Below, piece after piece: positions 49,574-59,693 of a stretch of 64,000 bases of DNA (position 1 is the stretch's first letter; each line of letters begins with the position of its first letter). Below the pieces are notes generated by a model. It was not told where the DNA came from, ran no database searches, and worked only from the letters and a program-made list of their open reading frames with translations. A program made the position numbers and the translations under genes. This DNA comes from Candidatus Fraserbacteria bacterium (GTDB taxonomy: Bacteria > Bipolaricaulota > Bipolaricaulia > RBG-16-55-9 > DRXL01). The DNA lies in the NCBI GenBank assembly GCA_947085185.1, contig CAMTVK010000001.1:1-64000 (forward strand). Direction: 5' to 3'.

Positions 49574-51487
49574 ATGGGTCTATACGAAGAGACTTTTAGG
49601 GAATCCCTCGAAAACTCCGAACGTTTCTGGGGTCGGGCCGCCGAAGCCATCACTTGGCATAAGCGCTGGGATTCGGTGCTCGATGCGTCCAATCCCCCAT
49701 TCTATAGATGGTTCACCGGCGGCGCGCTCAACACGTGTTATAACGCCGTAGATCGCCATATCGAGCGCGGCCGAGCCGATCAGCTCGCCCTGATTTACGA
49801 CAGCCCTGTGACGAATACAGTCCAAAAATTCACGTATGCACAGCTGCGCTCGCGCGTCGCTCACATCGCGGGCTTCTTGAAAGAGCTTGGTGTTACTAAG
49901 GGCGATACGGTGGTTATCTATATGCCGATGATCCCCGAGGCGCTCATGGCTATGTTAGCTTGTGCACGCATCGGTGCGGTGCACAGTGTCGTCTTCGGCG
50001 GGTTTGCCCCGCGGGAATTAGCTCTTCGCATAGACGACGCCAAGCCCAAGATCGTGCTCTCGGCCTCGTGCGGGATCGAGGCGAAGAAGATCATCCCGTA
50101 CAAGCCATTGCTCGATGAAGCGATCGCTCTGGCGACCCACAAGCCACAGAAGTGCGTCATCTATCAGCGGCCGCAAGTGCGCGCTGATCTCATCGCAGGG
50201 CGGGATTGTGATTGGGTCTCCTTGGAGCACGGAGCCCGGCCCGTGGACTGCGTCCCCGTCGCCGCGACAGACCCGTTATATATTCTGTACACATCGGGCA
50301 CGACCGGAAAACCCAAGGGCGTGGTGCGCGACAACGGCGGCCACGCCGTGGCGCTCTCCTGGACAATGAAATATATCTATGGGATCGAACCCGGAGATGT
50401 CTACTGGGCCGCTTCGGATGTCGGCTGGGTCGTGGGGCATTCGTATATTGTCTACGGCCCGCTGCTGGTGGGCGCGACCACTGTGATGTACGAGGGCAAA
50501 CCCGTGGGCACTCCTGATCCTGGGGCGTTCTGGCGCGTCATAGCGCAGCACAAGGTCAAAGTGCTCTTTACCGCCCCGACGGCATTCCGAGCGATCAAGA
50601 GAGAAGACCCCACGGGAGAGCATCTGAAAAAATACGAGCTCTCTCACTTCCGAGCGCTCTTTCTTGCGGGGGAGCGCACCGATCCGGATACATACTATTG
50701 GGCCTCTGAGCTTCTGAAGAAGCCCGTCATAGACCACTGGTGGCAGACGGAGACGGGCTGGGCCATCGCAGGGAACTTCTGTGGGCTTGAGCTGCTCCCC
50801 ATCAAGCCCGGCTCGGTGACCAAGCCCATGCCCGGCTATGACGTGCGAATACTCGATCCCAGCACGGGGAAGGAGCTTCCCCGTGGGCAGAGCGGCGTGA
50901 TCGTGGTCAAAGAGCCCTTGCCGCCGGGGACGTTTATGACCCTATGGCAGCGCGATGACGACTTTAAGAGAACGTATTTCGATCCGTTCCCCGGGTATTA
51001 TTTCACTGGCGACGGCGGATACATTGACGCAGAGGGCTATATCTTCGTGATGGGTCGAGTGGACGACATTATCAATGTTGCGGGCCATCGGTTGTCTACG
51101 GGCGAGATGGAGGAGATCGTCGCGCAGCACCCTGACGTAGCCGAGTGTGCGGTGATCGGGGTTGCGGACAGTCTCAAGGGTGAAGTGCCGTTGGGATTTG
51201 TTGTGCTCAAGGCGGGGGTGCAGCGTGATCGGGCAGAGATCATCTCCGAAGTGAAGCAGATGGTGCGCACAGAGATCGGGGCGATTGCCTCGCTCAAAGA
51301 TGTGCTCATTGTGAACCGGCTGCCCAAGACGCGCAGCGGCAAGATTTTGCGGGGGACGATGCGCAAGATCGCCGACGGTCAGCCCTACACCGTGCCGTCG
51401 ACGATTGACGATCCGGCGATCTTGCAAGAGCTCGAAGATATGCTCACAGAAGCGGGCTATGGGCAGAGGGGCTTATCTGGAGGGTAG
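49574..51487 (+). CDS. prpE: Propionyl-CoA synthetase (ACSS3 type)
   Basis: YTSGTTGKPKGVVRDNGG, DHWWQTETGW and LPKTRSGKILR motifs. Confidence 0.88.
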   Translation: MGLYEETFRESLENSERFWGRAAEAITWHKRWDSVLDASNPPFYRWFTGGALNTCYNAVDRHIERGRADQLALIYDSPVTNTVQKFTYAQLRSRVAHIAGFLKELGVTKGDTVVIYMPMIPEALMAMLACARIGAVHSVVFGGFAPRELALRIDDAKPKIVLSASCGIEAKKIIPYKPLLDEAIALATHKPQKCVIYQRPQVRADLIAGRDCDWVSLEHGARPVDCVPVAATDPLYILYTSGTTGKPKGVVRDNGGHAVALSWTMKYIYGIEPGDVYWAASDVGWVVGHSYIVYGPLLVGATTVMYEGKPVGTPDPGAFWRVIAQHKVKVLFTAPTAFRAIKREDPTGEHLKKYELSHFRALFLAGERTDPDTYYWASELLKKPVIDHWWQTETGWAIAGNFCGLELLPIKPGSVTKPMPGYDVRILDPSTGKELPRGQSGVIVVKEPLPPGTFMTLWQRDDDFKRTYFDPFPGYYFTGDGGYIDAEGYIFVMGRVDDIINVAGHRLSTGEMEEIVAQHPDVAECAVIGVADSLKGEVPLGFVVLKAGVQRDRAEIISEVKQMVRTEIGAIASLKDVLIVNRLPKTRSGKILRGTMRKIADGQPYTVPSTIDDPAILQELEDMLTEAGYGQRGLSGG

Positions 51488-51508
51488 CTTGGGTTTTTGA
51501 GCGTTCTT

Positions 51509-53282
51509 TCATTCAACAACCGAGAGCGCCGCCTCTCCTAGGACCTCGCGGAGCCTCTCCGGTTTTCGGCACACAGCGAATGCCCATACCCCAAATTCGC
51601 CGTGGTGGTTCACGGCCCTCACCCACCGTTTCGCGGCGGTCTCCTTCTGGCGGTCTTGCTCTGTCTCGAAGCCCTTGATCTCCAAGATAACCTTCACCTC
51701 CCGCCCGTCCTCGCCGCGCCAGCGGATGAGGTAGTCCGGCCGGTACTCGTGTCGCGCACCCTGCCATTCGTAGGGGATCGTGAGGTCTAGGTGGTCGTTG
51801 CGGGCATAAGCGATCACCTCCGGCATCCGCTCAAGCTGATACGCCACGCTGTGTTCCCACTGGGGCGCATCGAGCACCACGTGGCTGATGTGGCTTTTGG
51901 TGGTGCCCACACAGGGGCGCACCGTGCGGAAGAGCACCTCTGAAGTGGAGCCAATCGGGCGAAACTGCTCGATGACGGGCAGGATAGGCAGCTCACCGGC
52001 TTCTGTATCCGGTTCGATGGCTTCGGTCAGCCGTTCGATGATGCGCTGCTTGTATTTGAGCAAAGCGATTTCTTCAAGAGGCGTCTCCCCGTCGCTGACG
52101 ACGACGCGCTCTTCCAGGTAGTGCCAAACGGTGTTGAGCACCTGCGGGAAGAGAATGTGCCGTGCGTTCCAGTCTTCCCGTTTCTCTTTCAGCCGGTGCG
52201 TGAGTTCGGCGGCGATTTCGTAAACCGTTGCCTGCAGGCGCTTTTCACGGTGAAACGGGTTGCGGTCGTGCACCACTTCGGAACCTGGCCCTAGACGGTC
52301 GGGCCGTCCGATCCGGTAACCGACCGCAGGCTTGGCCACCACTTCGGTTGGCTCGTGCGACGGATCAATCTGCAAATAAGGCACGTCTTGCAAATTGACG
52401 CGGATGCTCTGATGCACGTCAAAGACGTAGCCCTCCACGCGCGGAAAGGTGATTTCCAGATGCTTGCGCTCAGGCAACGCGCGCACCAGCGATGACCAGG
52501 ATATTCTGCTTCCCGCCCAACTCTTTCAGCACGCGGCGGCAAAAGGCCGCGTCGCTTTCCGGACCGCGCTGGACGACGCTGCGCGAACGGCTGTCGTCTT
52601 TGGGTTGAAAGAGGTGCCAGTTGGTGATTTCAAACTTGCCCTGCTGCAAGCGTTCCATCATCCCGCGCGGCACCAGGTCAAACCGATCGTAGTAGTTGCT
52701 CTTGTGCCAGGGCAGCAGCACCTGCAGTCGTTCGCGAATGGTCAGGTTGGGACAGACCAGCAGCACCGCATCGGAAAAGCGGCGGTCTTGGGGGTTGACG
52801 AGTTTGTTGAGCACCTGCCAGGCGATGACCATGCCCATGACCACGGTCTTGCCGGAGCCGGTGGCCATCTTGCAGGCGTAGCGCGTCAGGCCGTTGTCCT
52901 TGGGAATGACAATGCCTTGCTTCTCGGCAGGGGAAGCTTCGATGAGCCAGATGAGCGTTTCGGCCGCCTCGCGCTGGCAGAAGAAGAGTTTGCGTTCGCG
53001 TTCGGGGTTGTTCCAGTGATTCAAGAGTTGTCGCGTGATTGGCGTGGCGCCGGGATAGCCGCGCTCGCGCCAGGCCCTGACCCGCTCACGAATCACGTTG
53101 ACCGTCTCCAGCGGCACAAACTCTTCCTCGAACATTGACAGTTGCGCGCCGCGCGTGCGCGGGCGGAGATAGTAGCCAGCGGGACGGCGGCCTTCGGCCA
53201 GCAGGGGCTGACCTTCTTTGTAATCCCAGTAGCGGCTCGGTTCATCGAAGGGCGAGTTGAGGATGGGGTTGTCAACGAGCAT
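51509..53282 (-). pseudogene. Type III restriction Res subunit with a large internal deletion and frameshift
   Basis: N-terminus (NPILNSPF, CKMATGSGKT) breaks after NILVI, just before the expected DEAH motif. It is joined out of frame to the C-terminal endonuclease (YRPDYLI…LEIKG). Confidence 0.88.
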
Positions 53283-53931
53283 TGGTGCCTCGGTTGCTTT
53301 TGTTGCCGAATCGGTCCAGCCATTGGTCGAATTCATCCGTACCATCCCGATGCGGGTTCTCTCGGTCCAGCATCCAGCGCATCGGGTTGGTCAGGATGTA
53401 CTCGCGGATACGGTTCAGGGATTCCTCGTTGCGGATGATATGTTCGTAGTAATTGCGTTGCCAAACGGCGATGCCAGGCGTGCCGCGTAATTCATTCACC
53501 CGTTTGGTGACGGCGGATTTGAACGAACGGATTACGGTCGGGATGGACCCGGCCACGGGATTGCCAAACCGTTCCCACGACGATCGCGACAACGGGGTGT
53601 GCGGGACGATTCCCCGTAGGGGCACGGCATGCCGTGCCCCTACGGCATGTGCCCCAACACGACGCACAATCCACAAAATCCCGTGAACGTGGTTGGGCAT
53701 CACCACAAATTTGTCCAATTCCACGTGCCGAAAATGGTTGGAAATCGCCTCCCAACACGCCTGTGCGATCTCGCCATAGGCATTCAACCGCATACCCCCA
53801 TTCAACACCTCCCCGAACACACACGCCCGATCTTTCGTGCAGACGGTGACGAAATACGCTCCCGGCTGGCTGTAGTCGTACCCTTTCAGCCGGATGCTGC
53901 GGCGATGGTGGCGTTCGGGGTCAAATCTCAT
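53272..53931 (-). mobile_element. REP-associated tyrosine (HUH/Y1) transposase, RAYT
   Basis: RRSIRLKGYDYSQPGAYFVT, MPNHVHGI (HUH), WQRNYYEHIIR and YILTNP; frame intact. Confidence 0.92.
53614..53645. repeat. GTAG-type REP, perfect 32-bp palindrome inside the RAYT gene
   Basis: CCGTAGGGGCACGGCATGCCGTGCCCCTACGG; a degenerate half copy lies at 53643-53658. Confidence 0.9.
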
Positions 53932-55806
53932 CAGTATTGTCCTCCGTCTAGGCCCATCACCCTCACCACCTCATTCCCCCAGAAATCAACCACCTTCACG
54001 GCGATGCGCTGGTGCTCGCCGGGTGTGAAGGGGAACGAGACGGTGCCGCGCATCTTTTCGAAAGCTTCGGGATCAATCTGGGCTTTGAATGCGCGCTGAA
54101 GCTTCTCCCAGGCATCCGGGTCGCCGGGGAAGAACGCCTGGGAGATCTTGAAGGTCATGCCGTCGTAGTCGGTATCGAGGAACCAGGCGGCCACCTCATC
54201 TCCTGGCGCGTGCTGCGTCTCGCCGCTCAGCGGATCGTAGATGTCCACGCCGCGCAGTTCGACCCGGCAGGCGCCGTCTTTTTCCTTCTGGACGCGCACA
54301 TCAGGTTGGCCGAAGACGGTGAAGATCTGGCTGGCGCGTCCGGTCTTGAGCAGATCGCCGACCAGCACATCGGGCGCGATGTTGGCGAAGTGCACCTGCA
54401 AGCCCGGCACGGGCGCTTTTTGGATGAGCGCCTGGGCTTCGGGGTCAAAACTGAACCCGGCAAAGATAAGAATAGGATAGCCGTTCATCTTCGCCGTCGG
54501 GATGGCTTCTTGCACTTGAAACGCGGCGACCGGGCCATACTGCGGGCCAAAACTGATGGCCACGCGCGCACTCTTACCGTTCTGCCCCGTTTCGCCTTCG
54601 GCGTGCAAATAGCCTACGTTGAGCAGGCGCAGGTTTTGCAGTTCCATCTTCTTGCCGCCGGGGAAGAGCACGCCGCCTTGTTGCTTCAGCAGATTGAGCA
54701 TCGTCGTCAGGTAATCGCCGCCCCGGTCAGCGACGCGCGCGCCGGCTTCGTCGGCTTCGAACTGGGGGATGGGCGCCTGCGTCGGGTCTTCCACTGCCGG
54801 CACCGGGATAGCCTCCACCGTAAACGGTCCGGTCACCCGCACCACCCCGCGCTTGACCTGCGGTTTGTCGTAGAGCGTCTCCTGCGGCGCGTTGCGCTGG
54901 ATGCTGGCGTCAATCTCCTGGCGCTTCTTGCGTTTGAGTTCCCAGAACCGGCGATGCGCCTCCTTTGCTTCATCGGACCCGCTCTGGGCAGACACAAGGT
55001 CTGCCCCTACAAGGCGGTACCTCCCACTCCTTCCACTCCTTGCCCAGCGCCGCATTGAGTTCCGAGAGCGCCTGGTCAATCTGCGGCTGATACTTGGCGG
55101 CAATCGTGTCAATTTCGGTGTTCTTGGCGATGCTCTCCAGCGTGATGTGCGGGACGGTCTCGTAGAAAAAGCCGCCGGCGGGACCGCGCTCCGGATCGCG
55201 CAGTTCGTAGTAGTCGTACTTCGCCGTCATCAGCCGCTGGCGGGCGATGGCCAGCGCCACGCGGGAGGTGTCGCAGGTGATCCAGCGCCGCCCCCACTTC
55301 TCGGCGCAGTAGGCGGTCGTGCCGGAGCCGCAGGTGGGGTCGAAGATCAGGTCGCCCGGGTCGGTGGTCAAAAGTATGCATCGCGCTATAACTTCTTCGT
55401 TAGTCTGAACGGCGTAAAGGGGATTAGCGGCCCCGCCAAGACCGTCCCAGAGGTTACTCAGTGGACGAACAGGAAAGTCCTCGTGGTAGCGAATATATCT
55501 GAGCGTATCGCCAAATACTGCGACTCTTCCAACGCGGCGCACGGCGTCGAGAATGGCGCGCGTGGAGATGCGCTCATGGATGTGGAGCGAGACCACATCC
55601 ACGTCAAACGAAGTGTGCTCGGCCTTGCCCGCCCACACCAGTTGCAAGTCCAGATGCGGGTCGTAGGCGTACGTCTTCGTCTGGCGCTCTTGCACCTCGT
55701 ACGTCGGCGCCACACCCGCGGGTGGGTTGTTCTTGCGCCGCGCCTCGGCGTGCCGGAAGTCGCGCACGCCGCTCTGACCCGCCTGGAGAGTCTTCTTCCT
55801 TGGCAT
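53931..55806 (-). pseudogene. Type III Mod DNA methyltransferase with an internal deletion and frameshift
   Basis: N-terminal YDPHLD..LVWAGK…HIHERI jumps to the late TRD and FDPTCGSGTT with no DPPY region. The frame shifts near 55010. C-terminal IAVKVVD is present. Confidence 0.88.
54986..55010 (-). repeat. GTAG-type REP inside mod
   Basis: GTAGGGGCAGACCTTGTGTCTGCCC (GTAG + GGGCAGAC/GTCTGCCC stem). Confidence 0.85.
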
Positions 55807-55811
55807 TCAGC

Positions 55812-56957
55812 TCACTCCTCACGCGGCTCCCCGTCTCCTCCGCTCGCTATATTATAAAGCGGGCTATGGGCAGGGCTTCCACTCATAACGGCGCGAACTT
55901 CTCTCAGTTTCGCCTGAAGGTCGCTCTCATCCAAGCCCCTGACCGTAACATGGCCGACTTTACGGCCCGGTCGCGGAGATTTGCCGTAGATATGAAGATG
56001 CACTCCGGGTATTTCCAAGAGACGACGCGCATCCGGCAGGGTGCCGATGCAATTTACCATGGCAACCGGACCCACAGGCACCGTAGCCCCCAGCGGGAGC
56101 CCCAGGATGGCGCGGAGATGGTTCTCGAATTGACTGGTTTCTGCGCCTTCAATCGTCCAATGTCCCGTGTTGTGTACACGCGGGGCGAACTCGTTGGCCA
56201 GAAGCTCATTTCCCACCTGAAAGAGCTCCAATGCCAATACCCCGACGAAGTCCAGGTGCGTCAACAGCCGCTCCACATACTCCTTCGCCTTCGCGGCGAT
56301 GGGATCGGCGGGCCGGCTCATGGAGCTCTCGAGGATGCCCTGCCGGTGAACGTTTTCCGCAAGAGGGTAGTAAGCCGTCTTGCCGTTCGAGCCCCGTACG
56401 GCGACGATGGACACTTCCCGGTCGAAGGCAACGAAGCGCTCTGCCATCAGGGGTGTGTTGGGCAGGCGGCCAGAGAGGGACTCGAGTTCGGCCTCTCCTC
56501 CGACTATGAATTGGCCTTTTCCATCGTAGCCGCCTGAGCGCGCTTTGAGGACCAGCGGGAAGCCGAGCCGCTCTGCCGCCTCCCCGAGGTCGTGCTCCGC
56601 GTCTATTGCCAAAAAGTCCGCTGTAGGGATGCCGAGATCCAGAAATAGACGCTTTTCCCGCAGCCGGTCCTGCTTGATTCGCAGCGCTTCGGGCGGCGGC
56701 AGAATGCGTACCCGTTGCGACAGATACTCGACGCCCCTCAGGGAGATATTCTCGAATTCATAGGTCACCACTTCCGCACCCATGCCAAGCCGGTCGAGCA
56801 ACGAAAAGTCGTCGAAGCTGCCGTGCAACGCTTCTCCCAGAGGGAAAGCACAGGCATCTGCTGCCGGGTCCAGGAACCGGAACTTCAATCCCAGGGGGTA
56901 GCCGGCGAGCGCCAGCATCCGCGCCAGCTGCCCCCCTCCGAGGATACCTACGATCAT
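55812..56957 (-). CDS. purK: N5-CAIR synthetase
   Basis: [31 protein letters not shown] and GRKVGH motifs. Confidence 0.96.
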   Translation of the reverse strand: MIVGILGGGQLARMLALAGYPLGLKFRFLDPAADACAFPLGEALHGSFDDFSLLDRLGMGAEVVTYEFENISLRGVEYLSQRVRILPPPEALRIKQDRLREKRLFLDLGIPTADFLAIDAEHDLGEAAERLGFPLVLKARSGGYDGKGQFIVGGEAELESLSGRLPNTPLMAERFVAFDREVSIVAVRGSNGKTAYYPLAENVHRQGILESSMSRPADPIAAKAKEYVERLLTHLDFVGVLALELFQVGNELLANEFAPRVHNTGHWTIEGAETSQFENHLRAILGLPLGATVPVGPVAMVNCIGTLPDARRLLEIPGVHLHIYGKSPRPGRKVGHVTVRGLDESDLQAKLREVRAVMSGSPAHSPLYNIASGGDGEPREE

Positions 56958-57451
56958 GGGCCAGCCTCCCTCGGATCAGGATTTTCGAGTACGGCCTGCG
57001 TTTGCTTTCGACGATACTCCTCCAACGCCTGGCGGATTTCTGAGTGTTTGTTGCCCAGGATGGCCGCTGCGAGAAGGGCGGCGTTCACGGCGCCTGCCCG
57101 GCCGATGGCGAGCGTCCCTACCGGGACGCCCGCAGGCATTTGCACGATCGAAAGGAGAGAATCCAGGCCCTGAAGCACCTTGGACTCGATGGGCACGCCC
57201 AAAACTGGCAGAAGGGTCTTCGCCGCCGTCATTCCCGGCAGATGCGCCGCACCCCCCGCACCGGCGATGATGACTTCCAGTCCCCTTGCCGCTGCCGCTT
57301 CGGCGTATTGAAACACCTTATCCGGTGTGCGATGGGCCGAAACCACTTCGACTTCGTAGGGGATGGCCAACGCTTCGAGGGTTTCCGCGGCGTGGCGCAT
57401 CGTATCCCAGTCCGATGCCGAGCCCATGATGACGCCAACCAGTGGTTTCAT
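56954..57451 (-). CDS. purE: N5-CAIR mutase
   Basis: [23 protein letters not shown] and [11 protein letters not shown] motifs. Confidence 0.97.
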   Translation of the reverse strand: MKPLVGVIMGSASDWDTMRHAAETLEALAIPYEVEVVSAHRTPDKVFQYAEAAAARGLEVIIAGAGGAAHLPGMTAAKTLLPVLGVPIESKVLQGLDSLLSIVQMPAGVPVGTLAIGRAGAVNAALLAAAILGNKHSEIRQALEEYRRKQTQAVLENPDPREAGP

Positions 57452-57552
57452 AAAGTCTCTCCCCCTTTCTTTTTGAACTTCTCAGGTCGTAGCACATCCA
57501 CGTCGGTGATAAAGGTGATAATGGTCACGAGTTTTCGGGAGTGCAGTTCCAT
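57448..57552 (-). pseudogene. SbtB/P-II-like regulator with the middle deleted
   Basis: MELHSRKLVTII is fused directly to [13 protein letters not shown]. These match the two ends of SbtB-type P-II proteins, immediately after sbtA. Confidence 0.75.
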
Positions 57553-57560
57553 GCTACACC

Positions 57561-58505
57561 TCACGGCTGGCCATGGACCCACCGCGCCATCTCGAGATAC
57601 AGCGGAATTCCGAGCGTGACATTGAACGGAAAGGTCACACCGAGGGAGGCGGCGAGCGAAAGCGCCGGGTTCGCTTCCGGCACGGAAATCCGCATGGCGG
57701 CTGGAGCGGCGATATAGGACGCGCTCGCGGCAAGAACCGTCAGAAGTGCTGTTCCGCCGACCGACAGATCCAGGAAGCGCCCGAGGGCGCACCCCAGCAC
57801 CGCAGCAAAGAGTGGCATTAGAACTCCGAACGTGATCAGGAACGGTCCGTAGCGCCGCAGGGCGCTCATCTGCGCCGCGCACAGCAGCCCCATCTCCAGG
57901 AGAAACAACGCGAGCATCCCCCGGAAGAGATCAAAAAAGAACCCATCGATCGAGGCGAGGCCGTCCTGGCCCGCGATCCACCCGATAAACAGTCCGCCCA
58001 AGAGGCAGACGATCGCCTTCCCTGTCAGCACTTCGTGCAGCAGCCGGCCCCACTGTGTGCCGCGCGCAATCCCGCGTGCCAGCACTACGCCGACAATGAT
58101 CGCGGGCATCTCCAGAAGCACCAGGAACAGCGTCATGTAGGATTCGTACTCGACCTTCTGGGTGCCGAGATAGGCCAGAGCCACGGCGTACGTGCCCACG
58201 CTCACCGAACCGTAGTGGGCAGCGATGGAGGCGGCATCGGCACGCTTGAACCTTCCGGCGCTCCGGAGAACGGGGTAGGCGATCACCGGCAAGACAACTC
58301 CCAGAAGGACGACGGCGACCATCTTCGGTAGCAGCGGAAGCAGCGGGTATTTGGCCAGCTCCACGCCGCCCTTCAGACCGATGGCCAGCAAGAGATAGAT
58401 GCTCAGGAAATCATAAATGGCCGACGGGATACGGAGATCCGAACGGGCGAGGCCGGCGGCTACGCCAATAAGGAAAAACAGGATGACCGGATCAAGCGCC
58501 GTCAT
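57561..58505 (-). CDS. sbtA: Sodium-dependent bicarbonate transporter family permease (SbtA)
   Basis: IYLLLAIGLKGG, AAHYGSVS, ASASYIAAPAA and GVTFPFN motifs. Confidence 0.92.
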   Translation of the reverse strand: MTALDPVILFFLIGVAAGLARSDLRIPSAIYDFLSIYLLLAIGLKGGVELAKYPLLPLLPKMVAVVLLGVVLPVIAYPVLRSAGRFKRADAASIAAHYGSVSVGTYAVALAYLGTQKVEYESYMTLFLVLLEMPAIIVGVVLARGIARGTQWGRLLHEVLTGKAIVCLLGGLFIGWIAGQDGLASIDGFFFDLFRGMLALFLLEMGLLCAAQMSALRRYGPFLITFGVLMPLFAAVLGCALGRFLDLSVGGTALLTVLAASASYIAAPAAMRISVPEANPALSLAASLGVTFPFNVTLGIPLYLEMARWVHGQP

Positions 58506-58665
58506 TTTTTGATGACCTCCGCACGGCGCGGGTTGACGCCACTCGTGCCTTGGTTTCCCCGCATACGCCGCGAAAGTAGAGCAAGGACACCCTCATCCAT
58601 CTTCATGCATCGAGATCCCTTCACCAGGACGGTGCACCCTGGCCCGAGACTCTGCTGCAACTTGG
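58502..58665 (-). pseudogene. Remnant of a MurF-like Mur ligase C-terminus
   Basis: LGPGCTVLVKGSRCMKMD resembles the MurF terminal motif (PGDxVLVKGSRxMxLE); the rest of the gene is absent. Confidence 0.55.
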
Positions 58666-58937
58666 CGACCGGAGGCTCGACCCTGATGTCGCAGCGGCCG
58701 CCGTCAAGAATCAAGTCAACCAGACCCACCCAACTCTCCGGCCACATGCGCAGCCTCGGTGGGGCTCACCCGTCCCAATCGGTTGGCGGACGGCCCCGTG
58801 AAGAGCGTTCACTCTGGTCCATGCGAGATAACGAGAGTATATGAAAGTGGGCTCGTCTTGTCAAACCCAAACGCCACGGAAGCGCCTGGCGCGTCCCTGA
58901 GAACGATGCCGTGTGGAGTGTAGAACTCGCCCTCGCT

Positions 58938-59681
58938 TTACTCCCACCGGAATGCTCGCGCCGACACGGCTATACCCACCACCAACAGACCTGCGAGTAC
59001 GGCTACCTCCCGCAGGTGGCTGCTCCAGGCTTCGCCAAACCAGAAGCCCTGCAGCAGTTCAACCACGTATCTCATTGGCATCATTCGGCTGATCTGATCC
59101 ACAGAACTTGAAAACATCTCTTTTGGAAATGTCGCTCCAGAGAGGAAAAGGTTTGGAAAGTAGATGACCATCCCCGTGATATTGGCGACCCGCGCGGTGG
59201 GTGCCAGGCTGGCCACCAGAAAACCGATAGAGAAAAAACTGAGCGCGCTCAAGGTAAAGGCAACCAAGACGTTTAGGGCATTGCCTTCAAAGCGCAAACT
59301 GTAGACCAGTCTGGCCGCGATGATTAACAGCGCTGCGCCCAGCAGGGTCATCATGAACCCAACCACGACCTGGGCTGTCAGGATGGCCGCAGGGTGCAAA
59401 GGCGTGGCGCGATAGCGGCGCAAAACGCCCCTCTCCCGATAGGTCGCGACGCCGATAGGGATGCTCATAAACCCCGTCGTGCCAATGATCATTGCGATGT
59501 AGCCCGGAACGCTGACGTCTACCGAACCACGACCGCCGAAAAAGGGCGTGGGCTCATTGCCGTAGATGCTACCGAAGATGAAAAGCAGCAGCAGCGGAAA
59601 GGCCAGCGTGAAGAAAGCCGCCGCCGGTTCCCGCACGAAGAGTTTGGCTTCCGTCCACATCAATCTCCACAGACCACGCAT
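58938..59681 (-). CDS. ABC-2 type exporter permease
   Basis: REPAAAFFTLAFP, RERGVLRRYRATP and FLSGATFP motifs. Confidence 0.92.
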   Translation of the reverse strand: MRGLWRLMWTEAKLFVREPAAAFFTLAFPLLLLFIFGSIYGNEPTPFFGGRGSVDVSVPGYIAMIIGTTGFMSIPIGVATYRERGVLRRYRATPLHPAAILTAQVVVGFMMTLLGAALLIIAARLVYSLRFEGNALNVLVAFTLSALSFFSIGFLVASLAPTARVANITGMVIYFPNLFLSGATFPKEMFSSSVDQISRMMPMRYVVELLQGFWFGEAWSSHLREVAVLAGLLVVGIAVSARAFRWE

Positions 59682-59693
59682 TGTTTCCTCCTG

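Noticed and set aside
54012..55857. Long plus-strand ORFs (348 and 321 aa)
   Set aside because: Antisense shadows of the GC-rich mod gene with no recognisable motifs.
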